Positions 37,922-49,496 are shown, counted from the stretch's first letter. The stretch: DNA of 64,000 nucleotides from an uncultured Gammaproteobacteria bacterium (GCA_964610305.1 CAZSVL010000006.1:13973-77972), one strand, 5' to 3'. The notes: a model not told the origin generated them from the letters alone. Program-made: numbers and translations.

Positions 37922-38857
37922 ATGAAATATCTTGTCACCGGAGGTGCGGGCTTTGTAGGCTCTCACCTGTGCCAGGCGCTTTTGAAAAAAAGCGGGCAGG
38001 TGCGCGTGATAGACAATCTGTCTACGGGAAATAAGGCTAATTTAGACCCTATTTCTTCTGATATTGAGTTTGTTCAGGGAGATGTGCAAAGCAGTGAAGT
38101 AATGAGGCAAGCGTGTGATCGGGTGGATGTGGTGTTTCATCAGGCCGCGTACCCATCGGTTCCCTATTCTCTGAAAGAATCGGTAAAGGCTCATGATGCT
38201 AATCTTACCGGCACTGTTGTTACGCTCTCGGCCGCGAAGGATGCTGGGGTAAAACGGTTTGTATTTGCAAGCTCTGCGGCTGTTTATGGAGATAGCATTG
38301 CGGCAGTTCAAAAAGAAGATGATAAGCTTAATCCGCTTTCTAATTATGCGGTTCATAAGCTGGCAGCTGAGTGGTACTTGAAAGTTGCTTTTGAGCGTTT
38401 TGGGCTTCAGACAGTTGCTTTGCGTTACTTTAACATTTTTGGGCCAAAACAGGATCCTGCTTCTGATTACGCAGCCGTGATTCCTATATTTATCAAAAAG
38501 ATGCTCTCTGGGCAGCAGCCGACCATTTTTGGAGACGGCAGCGCCACAAGAGATTTTGTTTTTATTGATAACGTGGTTGCGGCTAACATTGCTGCCTCTG
38601 AGGCTTCGGTAGAAAAAGTGGGTGGGACCGTGATGAACATTGCTGGCGGAAGTAAGACATCAGTTCTGCAGCTTGTTGGCATGCTCAATGATGTCTTGGG
38701 AACTTCAATTGACCCTATTTTTGCTGATATTAGAGATGGGGATATAGCGCATTCAAGCGCGGATATTAGCAGAGCTGGGGAGCTTTTGGACTACCATCCA
38801 GAGGTATCAGTTTTGGACGGATTACGCGCCACGGCTGAGTACTTTAAAAGTGCTTAA
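37922..38857 (+). CDS. NAD-dependent epimerase/dehydratase (WbpP/UDP-GlcNAc 4-epimerase-like)
   Basis: GGAGFVGSHL motif and YAVHKLAAE. Confidence 0.7.
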   Translation: MKYLVTGGAGFVGSHLCQALLKKSGQVRVIDNLSTGNKANLDPISSDIEFVQGDVQSSEVMRQACDRVDVVFHQAAYPSVPYSLKESVKAHDANLTGTVVTLSAAKDAGVKRFVFASSAAVYGDSIAAVQKEDDKLNPLSNYAVHKLAAEWYLKVAFERFGLQTVALRYFNIFGPKQDPASDYAAVIPIFIKKMLSGQQPTIFGDGSATRDFVFIDNVVAANIAASEASVEKVGGTVMNIAGGSKTSVLQLVGMLNDVLGTSIDPIFADIRDGDIAHSSADISRAGELLDYHPEVSVLDGLRATAEYFKSA

Positions 38858-38858
38858 T

Positions 38859-39674
38859 ATGTACAGTGCGGCTAAAGTAAAAAAATTGTGTGAAGAGCAC
38901 ATGCTGCGACCGGAAAAAGACCGGGGGCAGCATTTTTTAATTGAGGAATCTTTTGCACAGAAAATGGTAGAGGCTGCCGATGTAAAAAAAGGAGATGTGG
39001 TGGTAGAGGTGGGGCCGGGTTGGGGCGTGCTGACAGAGCAGCTTGATAAGGCTGGAGCACATATTACTGCCATTGAGATAGAGAAAAAAATGGCGGATTA
39101 TATTGCTGAGAATTTTCCTGAGGCAACAGTAATTAATCAAGATGTGCTTAAATTTTTTGGAAAAGAGCCGCGGGAAGCATATAGCGTAATAGCAAACGTT
39201 CCATATCAAATTACCGGCGCAATAATTAGAGGTTTTCTAGAAAAAACAACAAGGCCACCAGAGCAAATGGTGCTCATGATTCAAAAAGAGGTGGCGCAGC
39301 GGATCATGGCAAAACCGGGGAACATGAATTTGCTGGCACTCTCTGTGCAGTACTATGGTGATCCACAAAAACTTTTTAACGTGCCCATGAGCGCGTATTG
39401 GCCTCAACCAAAAGTAGAATCTGCCGTGATTCATATAAAAAATATTGTAAGACCTTCTCCAGAGGAGACCTGCAAGCTTTTTGCTTTGGCAAACAGAGCC
39501 TTCAAGCAAAAAAGAAAAATGCTCACCTCTACGCTTGCCGGAACTCAATTGGGAGCCGACAAAATGGCGGTGGCAAGCACGCTCAAAAGCCATAAAATAC
39601 CAGAAAATGCACGACCACAAGAGCTCTCTGTGGATCAGTGGAGATGCCTTGCCACCAGGTGTCTGCAGGTGTAG
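38859..39674 (+). CDS. rsmA: 16S rRNA (adenine1518/1519-N6)-dimethyltransferase RsmA/KsgA
   Basis: GQHFL and VVEVGPGWGVLT motifs. An alternative GTG start at 38850 is possible. Confidence 0.8.
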   Translation: MYSAAKVKKLCEEHMLRPEKDRGQHFLIEESFAQKMVEAADVKKGDVVVEVGPGWGVLTEQLDKAGAHITAIEIEKKMADYIAENFPEATVINQDVLKFFGKEPREAYSVIANVPYQITGAIIRGFLEKTTRPPEQMVLMIQKEVAQRIMAKPGNMNLLALSVQYYGDPQKLFNVPMSAYWPQPKVESAVIHIKNIVRPSPEETCKLFALANRAFKQKRKMLTSTLAGTQLGADKMAVASTLKSHKIPENARPQELSVDQWRCLATRCLQV

Positions 39675-39741
39675 ATAACTAAGCCGGCCAGAGTGCCGGT
39701 TTTATGGTATAATAATGGTGCCAAAAGGAGGCAAAAAAATC

Positions 39742-40296
39742 ATGACTTCCCAGCAAAAAATAAGTGTGCTTGGACTGGGCGTATTTGCTATTGCTGCAAT
39801 TACGCTTGGTTTGTTGCATATAAATCAGGGAATTATTAGACCCATCACACCAGACACGGCTGATGATACGCTAGAGGTAAGCAAAGAGTTGGCAGAAGAT
39901 ACCACGTACGCTGAGCTCTCAAGCAAGGATACAGACAATGATGGCCTTAATGATTATGAAGAATTGCACGTGTTTGGAACCAGTCCATATCTTACCGATA
40001 CAGACGGTGATGATTTGGATGATGCGGTAGAGATACAATCCGGAGGAGATCCTAATTGTCCAACCGGCAGAACATGTGGGGCGGTGATAGAGGGCAGCAC
40101 ATCCGGAAATTCAGGTGTTGTAGATTCTATTGATCCGGCTGCATCCTACGGCGCTCAGGATATGGAGCCAGATACCTTAAGAAAGCTTTTGGCAGAGATG
40201 GGATTTCCCTCAGAGCAGATAACCTCTTTAAGTGATGATCAGATAGTACAAATTTTTGAGCAAGCTCTTGTGGAGCAAGAAGCGGCAAATAATTAA
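39742..40296 (+). CDS. Membrane-anchored protein with Asp-rich Ca-binding (TSP3/dockerin-like) repeats; first gene of the large + strand block
   Basis: AGGAGG RBS. N-terminal TM segment. DTDNDGLNDYEE and DTDGDDLDDAVE repeats. Confidence 0.5.
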   Translation: MTSQQKISVLGLGVFAIAAITLGLLHINQGIIRPITPDTADDTLEVSKELAEDTTYAELSSKDTDNDGLNDYEELHVFGTSPYLTDTDGDDLDDAVEIQSGGDPNCPTGRTCGAVIEGSTSGNSGVVDSIDPAASYGAQDMEPDTLRKLLAEMGFPSEQITSLSDDQIVQIFEQALVEQEAANN

Positions 40297-40301
40297 TAAC
40301 C

Positions 40302-43300
40302 ATGCAAAAAAGGCACAAGCCACCCGTGTTTAAACGGATAATGCTGGGAATGCTCAGCGGTTTTATGGTTGTGCAGATTGGTTTTGCAGCACTCATGGTT
40401 CCGCGTGTTGCGCATGCGCAGTGGTATGTTTTTGATCCTTTTTCTGTTATCTCTGCTGCCATTGATCAGATTTCAAACGCGGCAAGAGTAGTTGATGAGG
40501 CGGTAGGTGGGGCTCTTTCTACTGCCGTACTTGGCGCTTCTCTTCATTTGGCGCAGTCATTGGCGTATGATTCTGCTCAGTGGATTGCAGATTCAGCTTG
40601 GGGTAAAGAGCCGGCATTTTTTGCCAGCAATATGGGGGATTACCTACTGGATCATGCTACAGACGGAGCCGTAGACGCACTGAACGAAATGTCAAAAGAG
40701 TGGATTGGACTGGATTTGTGTAAGCCAAAGGATCCTACGTTTAATTTGCTCATTCAGCTTGGTTTTAGAAAACATCATGATCCTAAAGTTGATTGTAGTT
40801 TTGATCAGATGAGTGATGCGTGGGATAAAAAGTGGGAGCAATTAAAAGACAAATACAATGGCTGCGCTGGCAACACCTTTGGCTCTGCCAGTGTAGATGA
40901 AAAAGCCACGGGAAGGTCTGCAAAAAAAGGCGGCAACTTGGACGAGTGTATGACCGCCATGGCTAAGACCATGTTTAAGCCAGATAATACAGAGATTGGT
41001 CTTGCCATTAATGCACGGCTAGCGATTACAAAAAAAATAAGAGCAAAAGGACAAATTGCTTTGGAAGAGAGAAAAGAAGGACAAGGGTTTAAATCCAAAA
41101 AAGGTGGCGCAGCTGGTGCCTATATTTCTAAGCCGGCTCCTCTTGTTAAAGAAGAAGGTAAAGCATCTACAAAAGTAAAACAGGAGGACAGAACCTTCCA
41201 GATGATCTCTGGTCAGCTTGGGTCTGGGTATAAGGCCGGTTTGGCTGCTATTCCTACGCTTTTTTTGAGTCAGTTGCTCAGCGCAAATGGAGAAAACTTT
41301 TTTGAATGGTTAAAGAAGCCAGGAGATCAAAAAAAGAGCGATCCGTTTGATAGATTGGCTGATATAGATGGCTTAAGTAATCCTAATTCTGGCGATGGCG
41401 GTTTTGGGTTGTCACCCCAAGCAGAGAGAGCATTTGAGACCATTGCCATAGGAGACCCTTCAACTATTGATATTATTAGCCAGTTTACAGCATGTCCCTC
41501 AGAGGATGGCACGGTTAACCGAGGACCGCATGATTGTGTGATGGATGCTAAATTTGCACAAGCAGTAAGGTTAGCTGATTCTGGCAGGGCAATTACCATA
41601 GCTGAGGCCATTGACAGAACAATGCTACAGCCGGGGTGGAGACTGATTCCACCATCAAACGTGGGCGCTAACTCAGAGGTTTCTTGCAGGAATGAAGCCT
41701 ATTGTTTTTCAAACATAGCAAAATTAAGGCAAGCGAGAATTCTGCCATTGGGTTTTGAAATAGCAGCCTCAGAATCGCCGGAGGGTAGGCACTGGACATT
41801 AAGAGAAGTGGTGGATGGTTTTTTGAGTTGTAATGGAGATGGGCGGAGGGATAACGACCATCCGTTCTGTCATTTAATTGATCCAAATTGGATTTTGAAA
41901 GCGCCACCAGCAAGATGTAACGCTACTGTTCCCGGGCCCATGCTAGAGGCATCTGACACGCTGGTGAGAAAAAATGTATGCGCTGATACCGTAACTTGTC
42001 TACAGGATGATGGTCGCGGAGCGTGCGAGAGCCCGTGGGGGTACTGTCTAAAGGAAAAAAATATTTGGAGAACAGGCGCAGATAGTTGCGCGGCACAATA
42101 TTCTAGTTGTACTACTTACACAGGTAGCAGTGCTGGCGCTCAGAATAAAGTAAGCTATCTTTCAAAAACTATAGATTTTGGCCAGTGTACCGCAGAAGAC
42201 GTGGGATGCCGTGGGTATCTGACGCATCAACTGCTGCAGGATGACGGCACTTATGGTTGGCCTTCTGTTCTAGATGAGCTGGCCGGACGTCCGATGCATT
42301 TAACGGCAAAGGCTCAAGAATGTACAGAGCCCGGGTGCACCTTGTTTACTAAAAAGGATGGCACAGAAGTGCACATCAAAAAGGCGCCTCATTATTTAGG
42401 GTGTTATGATCAGGTTGATCCAGACAGCCCAGCCAGACAAGAGGGGGATTGGCCTCAGAAAATTGCAGACTTGGCGTTGTTGAATCCTGCGGCTGAGTGC
42501 GGTCAGTACGCAGCTGTTTGTGCTGCAGAAGAAGAGGGTTGCACCAGCTACGCGCCAGAAAACGGAGATCCAACCGTGCCAGCCATTGTGGCAGAATCTG
42601 ATTACTGTTCTGATCAGTGTGTGGGTTACGATTCTTACAAACAATTAGAGACAGATTTTGACACCGCAGAATTCCCTATTCACTTTATTCCTAGCACCGC
42701 GCAACAATGTAACGGCGCGTTTGTTGGGTGTGATCAGTTTGTAAATGTAAATAGTGAGCAGTTTGAGCATTATAGTTTTGTAAAACAATGCGAGAGGCCA
42801 GAAGAAGATGATGCCAACTCTGGCGTATTTTACGCGTGGGAAGGATCAGATATTCAGGGGTACCAACTGCGGTCTTACGTTTTGAAGACCTCACTTGAGA
42901 TACCGGGAGGTGGGCAGTGGCTTATGGAGCCATATCCTATTCCTGCTTACGCAGCGGCTTATGATGAAGATCTAATGATTTCTTATCATGATGTTTGCAA
43001 TCAAGAGCTTTATGAGGCTCGTTTGGCAGATCAGGATTGTAGGGAGCTTTTTGACAGAGAGGGGCGCAAATCATACAGACTTTTGGCTCATACCATTACC
43101 GTCTCAGACCAGTGCCATCTTGTCAGAAAGACAAGTGCAGATATTATTGAATTGGGAAACGTTGTCCGTAGGCAAAATGACTGTGAGCAAGATGCAAAAG
43201 GTGTCTGGGAAGATGGGGCATGCAACGTCTGTAAAGGCGGCGGTGAAAACAGAAACGGCACCTGCATGTATTGGGTATTGCCATCAGAAGCCATAAGCTG

Positions 43301-46300
43301 CCCCGCAGAAGCCGCCGGATGCAGAAAATACACCGGAAATGCTGGCGGTAACGTAGAAGAAATTGTTCGCCACACGTTTGAAGATGTGTTGCCAGAAGAT
43401 TTGCAGGCATGGGATCAAGGAGAGGTTTCTGCTGAATCTGTCACCGTTGGCGGACACTCTTGGAAAGCTGTAAACAGAACAAATGTTGTAATACAGGCAG
43501 AAAAAGATTCAAGTTACACGTTTTCTTTCTGGGCAAAAGGTGAACCGGGTTTTGTAACATTAGAGTTTGGCGGGGTAATTGCGGATAATGTAGGCGGAGA
43601 GCCAACCGTGCAAATCGTGAATGATTGGCAACAATTTACACTTGGGCCAATTTACTTTAAAGAGGTCACAGATGTGCTCTCTAGAGCTACTGTTACTTTC
43701 AACATGAATGGCATAAGAGATGCAAATACGTTTTATGTGGATAATGTCATTATAAAAAAGACCATCGCGCACACCACCTTGGTAAAAGACAGCTGGTCCA
43801 CTCCCCTTGCGTGTGATAATAATCCGCAAGATAATTTGCCAGGAGAGGCGCTTGGTTGCAAGGCATATAGAAGCAGTGCTGGTGCCCGCGTGGCGCTTAA
43901 ATCTTTCTCTAATTTGTGTAGAGCAGAGGCAGTAGGATGCGAGAGATTGGTAAATACGCACAACTCTTCTCAATCAGAAGGAAAAACCGTTGGCATGGAG
44001 TGTGGCATGTTCATTGAGGGTCTTGTGGAAGATAGAATACACCCAGACAGCAGAGAGTGTTTTGCAGATATTGATTTAGATGGGGATGGTAGCATTGATA
44101 ATCAAGAGGCGGTGTGTACTGTTCCTGTTGGAGAAGACACATGCTTCTTTGAGATGCCTCGCGCTATAGATTATGACAACAATGATAAAGATATTTACCG
44201 CTCCGGAAGTTCTGTATTTGTGGTACCTGCAGACAGTCTGGCTTACTTGGTGAATAAAGCGGAACATCGCTGCAGTCCAGATCAGATTGGTTGTATGGCA
44301 TTGGGAGAGGTAACGGGAGAGCGCAGCGAGGATAACAGACGCGTCATAAACACCGTCAATAAAATTGTTGTTCCAGATCAGTTTGACAGCATAATGTGTA
44401 ACGCCTCTCTTGTTGGTTGTGAGGCTTATAATGTGAAAAGTTTGGCAGATCAGAGTAACAGAACGGTTTATTTTAAAGATCCGGTAGCGGCTGGAAGGGG
44501 TGTGTGCGAATACAAAAAAGATGTAGACGCCACACTAAGAAATGGCGATGTGGTAACCGGTGCCAGTGGTTGGTTTGTGGCAGGAAGTGATCCTCTCAGG
44601 CCATGTGAAGAAAGGCTACGCAAAATAAATGACTTTCAGTTGCCGAGCCAAGGAGATGCTTTATATGAGTTTGCTCTTGCTCAAGTAGGCGTCTGTCCTG
44701 CTACCGCAAATTCTTGTACAGAGATGGTTGATCCAGCGGATACATCTCAAACGCATCCAGACGGTAAGCCATATTTTGTTTTGGATAACGGAAAGTTGGA
44801 TAAGACAAGTTGTAACAATAAAGCAAGTCTGAAAGAAGGGTGTGTGTTGTTTGATGACAGATCAGTGCCAAACAAGAAGTATCAGGTGGGACAGACCTAT
44901 GATTTAAGTGCTGCTAATGATAATGCGCTTGTAGAACCTGTGTTTATTGGGGCAATTCCTCCTTTTACGTGCAGGGATGATGAGTGTGTAGAAATTCTAG
45001 ATACTCACGAGTCCGTATCTCACCCTGGATTTATCGGTGAGCTTGTGTACCAGGCGCCCCAAGGATCATATTCGTTGATAGATGACGGGCTTTTTGGTGT
45101 CCGTACTTTTACGGTTCTAGACTCATGTAATGCTGGTTTTGCAATGCATACAACTCCAGGCAATACCTATACCGACAATAAGAGGGTGATACACAATGTT
45201 GAAGAAGATCTTTCATTTAGAATTTGTATACCAGAAGATTTGGTTAATACCGATGTAGCAAATACTATTGTTAAGGTGAGTAGAGATAGGGCGTGTTCTG
45301 AGTGGTTGTATTGCCAGTCCCATATGACAGTTACGGACCCTAGTACAAATCAAAAGAAAAATGTTTGTGGATCTGTAGGTGTTTGTGATTCATTTGGGGA
45401 TGTCATAGATGGGATTGCTACCTGTAAGAATGTTGTTGCTAATCCAGGATTTTCAGGAGAAAAATTAACCAAGGCGGCTTACGCAGAGCGTTCGGTTGGT
45501 TGGTATGACGAGGAGTTTACCGGTCATTCGCTCTACAATAAGTATCAAATTTATGACTATACGTTTGTTAAAAGTGATGTGGAGGGTGTGGGCAAAGGAA
45601 GGACTTATTTGGTGAGTATGCCATATGATAGGGAGGCTGCGGCTCTTGCTTGTGAAAATGATGGCGGAATTGATGATGACGGAAGCAATTGTAGGGTTAA
45701 TCGTTCACCGGGTACTTGCATAGCAGGTTTGTGCGTACAAAAGCTTGGCGGCGGGCCAATTGTTTTGGCTGATGCGGGAGAGCAAGCACTGGCGTGCAGA
45801 GGATATGCACACTCGCAAGCGCCATTTACTTTTTCTGGTAAGGATATTACATGGGTTGAGACTGCGGCTAATGGAGACCAAGATGATCAGCAAAAAGTAG
45901 ACGCTACTGCAATAATGCAGTCATTAAATATAAGCGGCTTTGATAACGCAGCCATATGCCAGAAAGGCGATGAATGCGTATGTTCTTACAAAAAAGTGGA
46001 GTATGGAGATGGAAGAGAACAACGTTATTTTGATGTTAATCGGCAAGGAATTCCAAAAGGCGTTTGTGGCGGTGGCTTTACCGCAGGAGTAAACTCCAAA
46101 TCTAAAAAGGGGAGAGCGTGCGATACCCCGGTAGATTGCAGGGATGACAGATATGGTGATAATGACTCCCCTGAAGCTTTAAGAAATAGACGGGATGGCG
46201 ACTGTTTATATAAAACCAATGTGGCAACCTTTAATGGCTGGAGCGGCTTTTGCATAGATCAAGATCAGAGTGTTGAAACGCCGGGCAGTGGTTCAGAAGG

Positions 46301-48494
46301 TAAAGCATGCCAGACGTGGATGCCTTTAGATGTGGTGCCAGGATCAAATAGCATATTTAATCAGTATGTAGAGGCGGGTTATCAGGTTGAAGATCCGGTT
46401 GAAACAACAAGGTATTGCTTGGAAGCAGAAGGCAACGCGCGGAATGCCGGAAATGGTTCTTCTTATAGATACGCGAACGAATTGGATATGTCATGGAGTG
46501 GATACACTAGATTTAGCTACACTGAACGTGATCTTTTTTCCAGATCGCAACGTAAAGATGGGGATTTAAGATTTGAAGAGATTGATTACATAGAGTTTGA
46601 TTGGAAAACTTCTGACAACATGGTTGTTAGGGCTGGTAAGACGCGTCTTGTTAATGATGGGCAAGAAACGGAGTCTGAGGCATACGGCATGTTGCCAAGC
46701 AAACCACGCATCTTTGCTCATTCTAGGCAACGATGTAAGGAGGCGGCATGGATGTCTGGTATAACTACAGGTATTAACAGTAATGAAGACAGGTATACAT
46801 GTGTGACAGCCGATGAGTTTGCAGAAGTACAACCATCTGCACGCGTTAGAGATATGCTTGATCCCGGTGACGCACTGGTTACAATGTTTAGAAGAGATGG
46901 CGCAAGAATACGCGGCTTGGTGCTCATGAGTGATGGTCAGACAGATAGTGACGCGGCATGTTTTCAATATGGCATGCAGGCAGATGTTGATTGCAATGTT
47001 TTTGTAGAGGCTGCAAGAAACACGCAACCCGATCCAGATAGTGGCTGCAACGCACGGCTTGGCTATATTGGAAGTTTTTGTGATGACAAAGATAGTGGTG
47101 ATAGCGGAGACGGGGCTTGGATAGTAATTAATTTTGACGATCAGCACAGATTGGAATCTGAGGTTGTAACCACTTTGGTAAACAGAAATGAGAATGGTGG
47201 AGCAAGCGACGGTTTTGTGGGCGCTACAGCAATTGGATTTGATAGTATAACCGTGGCAAGAAGAGAAGTGTGTAAAACAATTGTTGACATTGCAAATGAA
47301 GAAGAGACGGTGGTGCAAACCAATAGATTATGGAAAGCACAACCTTTGGCAGGCAAAATTGAAGGGGATTACCGCGTGGTTCTTTCTCCTGGCTATAATG
47401 CAAGATGGAATGATTCTAATAAGCCTTTTGCCGGCCTACAAAGTGGCGCAAGCTTAAGTACGGATACTGAGTATTTGCGAGGAACTTACGACGAGGGCTA
47501 TGATTCTGGTGCGGCTAGTTATTCTTGCGCCCGTGGACGATGTGGTCCTTCAGAATCTAACGCTCAGCGTCATACAAAAACGACCCTGCAGGCAGGAATA
47601 CAGGTAATGTCTGAGCTTTTTGGTAAGGTATTTAACGCTTGGTCGCTAAATTCAAATAAGATAGGGTATGATGAATTACTTGACGGCGGGCATTGTGGCG
47701 CAGCGGCGTGCTATGATCAGACTAATGCTAGAGCAAACGCAAAGCCACCTGCGATTGCAAGTGTGAGTGATGATTGCACAGAAGTTTCATGTGGTCTAGG
47801 TAGGGTAGGAAGAATGACAGCAAATGGTAAAGATAGTGGTTATATTTTTGGCAACGGTGTGGCAACGGTTCAGCTGCAATTCTATGCGTGGGCAGATACT
47901 GATAGAATGCCAATTAAAAATGTTTCCGTTTATTGGGGGACAGAGGAAATATTAAAGTCTGGCGGTAATGAAGGCAAGTACAAGAATAGAAAGCCATACT
48001 GTCAGGAAGAAGAAAATACTGGTATAACAACGTGCGCTGGTAATATTGAAGAAACGGCTGGTATAAACATCACCTGCTCAACTCCAGAGGAGTGTTCTGA
48101 TAACGGCGCTGGTGAATGCAGGGGTAGTAGATTAAGTTTTGGTAATACGCCAGACGCGTGTGACACTGGTTTTTATCAGTATCAAGCTACCTATGTCTTT
48201 AGTGAAGATGATCCTGCGTGTCAGAATACTTTTGGCAGTGGCAGTGTTCCCTCTGGTGTAGACGTGGAGAGGGTACGCAGACTTGGATTGACTCCGGGCG
48301 ATAAGTATTGTGCCTTTAAACCACGGGCCATTGTTCAGGATAATTGGGGTTGGTGTAATACGGTTGACAACGCCGGAGCATGGGGAGACTTAAGTGGGGA
48401 TGCAGACGCCGCGAATAGGTGTGATAGACCATCTGATAATGATAATGTTGGAACACCTTATACTGATTGGATAATTGTAGCCGAATCGAAATAG
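40302..48494 (+). CDS. Giant secreted/surface protein (2730 aa), cysteine-containing, no recognisable catalytic domain
   Basis: Single uninterrupted ORF. N-terminal signal/TM segment ending AHAQW. Confidence 0.75.
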   Translation: MQKRHKPPVFKRIMLGMLSGFMVVQIGFAALMVPRVAHAQWYVFDPFSVISAAIDQISNAARVVDEAVGGALSTAVLGASLHLAQSLAYDSAQWIADSAWGKEPAFFASNMGDYLLDHATDGAVDALNEMSKEWIGLDLCKPKDPTFNLLIQLGFRKHHDPKVDCSFDQMSDAWDKKWEQLKDKYNGCAGNTFGSASVDEKATGRSAKKGGNLDECMTAMAKTMFKPDNTEIGLAINARLAITKKIRAKGQIALEERKEGQGFKSKKGGAAGAYISKPAPLVKEEGKASTKVKQEDRTFQMISGQLGSGYKAGLAAIPTLFLSQLLSANGENFFEWLKKPGDQKKSDPFDRLADIDGLSNPNSGDGGFGLSPQAERAFETIAIGDPSTIDIISQFTACPSEDGTVNRGPHDCVMDAKFAQAVRLADSGRAITIAEAIDRTMLQPGWRLIPPSNVGANSEVSCRNEAYCFSNIAKLRQARILPLGFEIAASESPEGRHWTLREVVDGFLSCNGDGRRDNDHPFCHLIDPNWILKAPPARCNATVPGPMLEASDTLVRKNVCADTVTCLQDDGRGACESPWGYCLKEKNIWRTGADSCAAQYSSCTTYTGSSAGAQNKVSYLSKTIDFGQCTAEDVGCRGYLTHQLLQDDGTYGWPSVLDELAGRPMHLTAKAQECTEPGCTLFTKKDGTEVHIKKAPHYLGCYDQVDPDSPARQEGDWPQKIADLALLNPAAECGQYAAVCAAEEEGCTSYAPENGDPTVPAIVAESDYCSDQCVGYDSYKQLETDFDTAEFPIHFIPSTAQQCNGAFVGCDQFVNVNSEQFEHYSFVKQCERPEEDDANSGVFYAWEGSDIQGYQLRSYVLKTSLEIPGGGQWLMEPYPIPAYAAAYDEDLMISYHDVCNQELYEARLADQDCRELFDREGRKSYRLLAHTITVSDQCHLVRKTSADIIELGNVVRRQNDCEQDAKGVWEDGACNVCKGGGENRNGTCMYWVLPSEAISCPAEAAGCRKYTGNAGGNVEEIVRHTFEDVLPEDLQAWDQGEVSAESVTVGGHSWKAVNRTNVVIQAEKDSSYTFSFWAKGEPGFVTLEFGGVIADNVGGEPTVQIVNDWQQFTLGPIYFKEVTDVLSRATVTFNMNGIRDANTFYVDNVIIKKTIAHTTLVKDSWSTPLACDNNPQDNLPGEALGCKAYRSSAGARVALKSFSNLCRAEAVGCERLVNTHNSSQSEGKTVGMECGMFIEGLVEDRIHPDSRECFADIDLDGDGSIDNQEAVCTVPVGEDTCFFEMPRAIDYDNNDKDIYRSGSSVFVVPADSLAYLVNKAEHRCSPDQIGCMALGEVTGERSEDNRRVINTVNKIVVPDQFDSIMCNASLVGCEAYNVKSLADQSNRTVYFKDPVAAGRGVCEYKKDVDATLRNGDVVTGASGWFVAGSDPLRPCEERLRKINDFQLPSQGDALYEFALAQVGVCPATANSCTEMVDPADTSQTHPDGKPYFVLDNGKLDKTSCNNKASLKEGCVLFDDRSVPNKKYQVGQTYDLSAANDNALVEPVFIGAIPPFTCRDDECVEILDTHESVSHPGFIGELVYQAPQGSYSLIDDGLFGVRTFTVLDSCNAGFAMHTTPGNTYTDNKRVIHNVEEDLSFRICIPEDLVNTDVANTIVKVSRDRACSEWLYCQSHMTVTDPSTNQKKNVCGSVGVCDSFGDVIDGIATCKNVVANPGFSGEKLTKAAYAERSVGWYDEEFTGHSLYNKYQIYDYTFVKSDVEGVGKGRTYLVSMPYDREAAALACENDGGIDDDGSNCRVNRSPGTCIAGLCVQKLGGGPIVLADAGEQALACRGYAHSQAPFTFSGKDITWVETAANGDQDDQQKVDATAIMQSLNISGFDNAAICQKGDECVCSYKKVEYGDGREQRYFDVNRQGIPKGVCGGGFTAGVNSKSKKGRACDTPVDCRDDRYGDNDSPEALRNRRDGDCLYKTNVATFNGWSGFCIDQDQSVETPGSGSEGKACQTWMPLDVVPGSNSIFNQYVEAGYQVEDPVETTRYCLEAEGNARNAGNGSSYRYANELDMSWSGYTRFSYTERDLFSRSQRKDGDLRFEEIDYIEFDWKTSDNMVVRAGKTRLVNDGQETESEAYGMLPSKPRIFAHSRQRCKEAAWMSGITTGINSNEDRYTCVTADEFAEVQPSARVRDMLDPGDALVTMFRRDGARIRGLVLMSDGQTDSDAACFQYGMQADVDCNVFVEAARNTQPDPDSGCNARLGYIGSFCDDKDSGDSGDGAWIVINFDDQHRLESEVVTTLVNRNENGGASDGFVGATAIGFDSITVARREVCKTIVDIANEEETVVQTNRLWKAQPLAGKIEGDYRVVLSPGYNARWNDSNKPFAGLQSGASLSTDTEYLRGTYDEGYDSGAASYSCARGRCGPSESNAQRHTKTTLQAGIQVMSELFGKVFNAWSLNSNKIGYDELLDGGHCGAAACYDQTNARANAKPPAIASVSDDCTEVSCGLGRVGRMTANGKDSGYIFGNGVATVQLQFYAWADTDRMPIKNVSVYWGTEEILKSGGNEGKYKNRKPYCQEEENTGITTCAGNIEETAGINITCSTPEECSDNGAGECRGSRLSFGNTPDACDTGFYQYQATYVFSEDDPACQNTFGSGSVPSGVDVERVRRLGLTPGDKYCAFKPRAIVQDNWGWCNTVDNAGAWGDLSGDADAANRCDRPSDNDNVGTPYTDWIIVAESK

Positions 48495-48566
48495 GAAATA
48501 AAACATCCGCGATAATCGGGTGTTTTTTTATACAAAAAAGGCGACACGGGGGTCGCCATACAGAAG

Positions 48567-49496
48567 CTAACGAGTCATTGTAAATTTGCAGAAAACGCGA
48601 AAAAAACTCCGTGGTTCAGTGCTGCTATCAAGGTAGTCGCCTTCACACGTACCGGTGATAGTATTTTTGTCTGCAGAGAGTGTTCCTGAGAAGAGCAGCT
48701 GGTGATCGGGGTCATCTCTGTCGCCCACATGAGATCTGTGAAAAAACCCGTTTGGTTGGGGATCTACCCGGCCGTTTCCTCCACGAAATCCATGAAGTGC
48801 GGAGGCACCACTCGTTTTCACATAGAAAGAGCATCCTTCTTGCCTGATGACTCTCTCGTTTTCTCTCCACATGTCCCGATCGTAGCGATGCTGCATCATA
48901 TCGTAATCATAGTCAACGGGAGTGACATCGGAATACGTGATATTCCACGTACCATCAAACAAGGGATCGGCTCCATTACAGCCCCAGCTTTCATCTACGC
49001 TGCCGTTGCAGTTGTCATCCACCTCATTGCCGTATTTTTCTTCAAGAGCTGGGATATCAGGATCTTTATCATTGCAGTCAAGACCGCCGCATTCAATGGC
49101 AGATTCGCCATCACGGTCATAATCTAGCGGCTGAAACAGGCACGTGCCGGAGTCATGATCGCACAGGCCATCCTTGCAGGGATCCGTATTTTGGCATGAG
49201 AAATCGCCGGCACATGGAACGTCACTGCGCTCTACCTTATCTCCGGTCCACCAGGGATCAATTTCCTGAGGATCGTCACTATTTTCACTTCCTGCATCCG
49301 CATCTTCATTCTTCACGCAGGTTTTTGAATCAAAGCAGGTGTAATCTTGCGGACAGCTTTTATTGCTGCAGTCAAGATCGTGGCCGTCAGGTCCGCTACC
49401 TTCACCATGCGTTCCACCGGGTGCCGCCTCATCGCCGCCACAGGAAACCAGCAGACTCATCATCAAAAGAGCAATAGTGCTTTGCAAAATTCTCAT
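48567..49496 (-). CDS. Cysteine-rich lipoprotein with MopE-like putative metal-binding motif
   Basis: LLVSCGG lipobox. CGGLDCNDKDPDIPALEEKYGNEVDDNCNGSVDE matches DCDD...PGAxExCDGxDNDCDGxxDE. Confidence 0.55.
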   Translation of the reverse strand: MRILQSTIALLMMSLLVSCGGDEAAPGGTHGEGSGPDGHDLDCSNKSCPQDYTCFDSKTCVKNEDADAGSENSDDPQEIDPWWTGDKVERSDVPCAGDFSCQNTDPCKDGLCDHDSGTCLFQPLDYDRDGESAIECGGLDCNDKDPDIPALEEKYGNEVDDNCNGSVDESWGCNGADPLFDGTWNITYSDVTPVDYDYDMMQHRYDRDMWRENERVIRQEGCSFYVKTSGASALHGFRGGNGRVDPQPNGFFHRSHVGDRDDPDHQLLFSGTLSADKNTITGTCEGDYLDSSTEPRSFFRVFCKFTMTR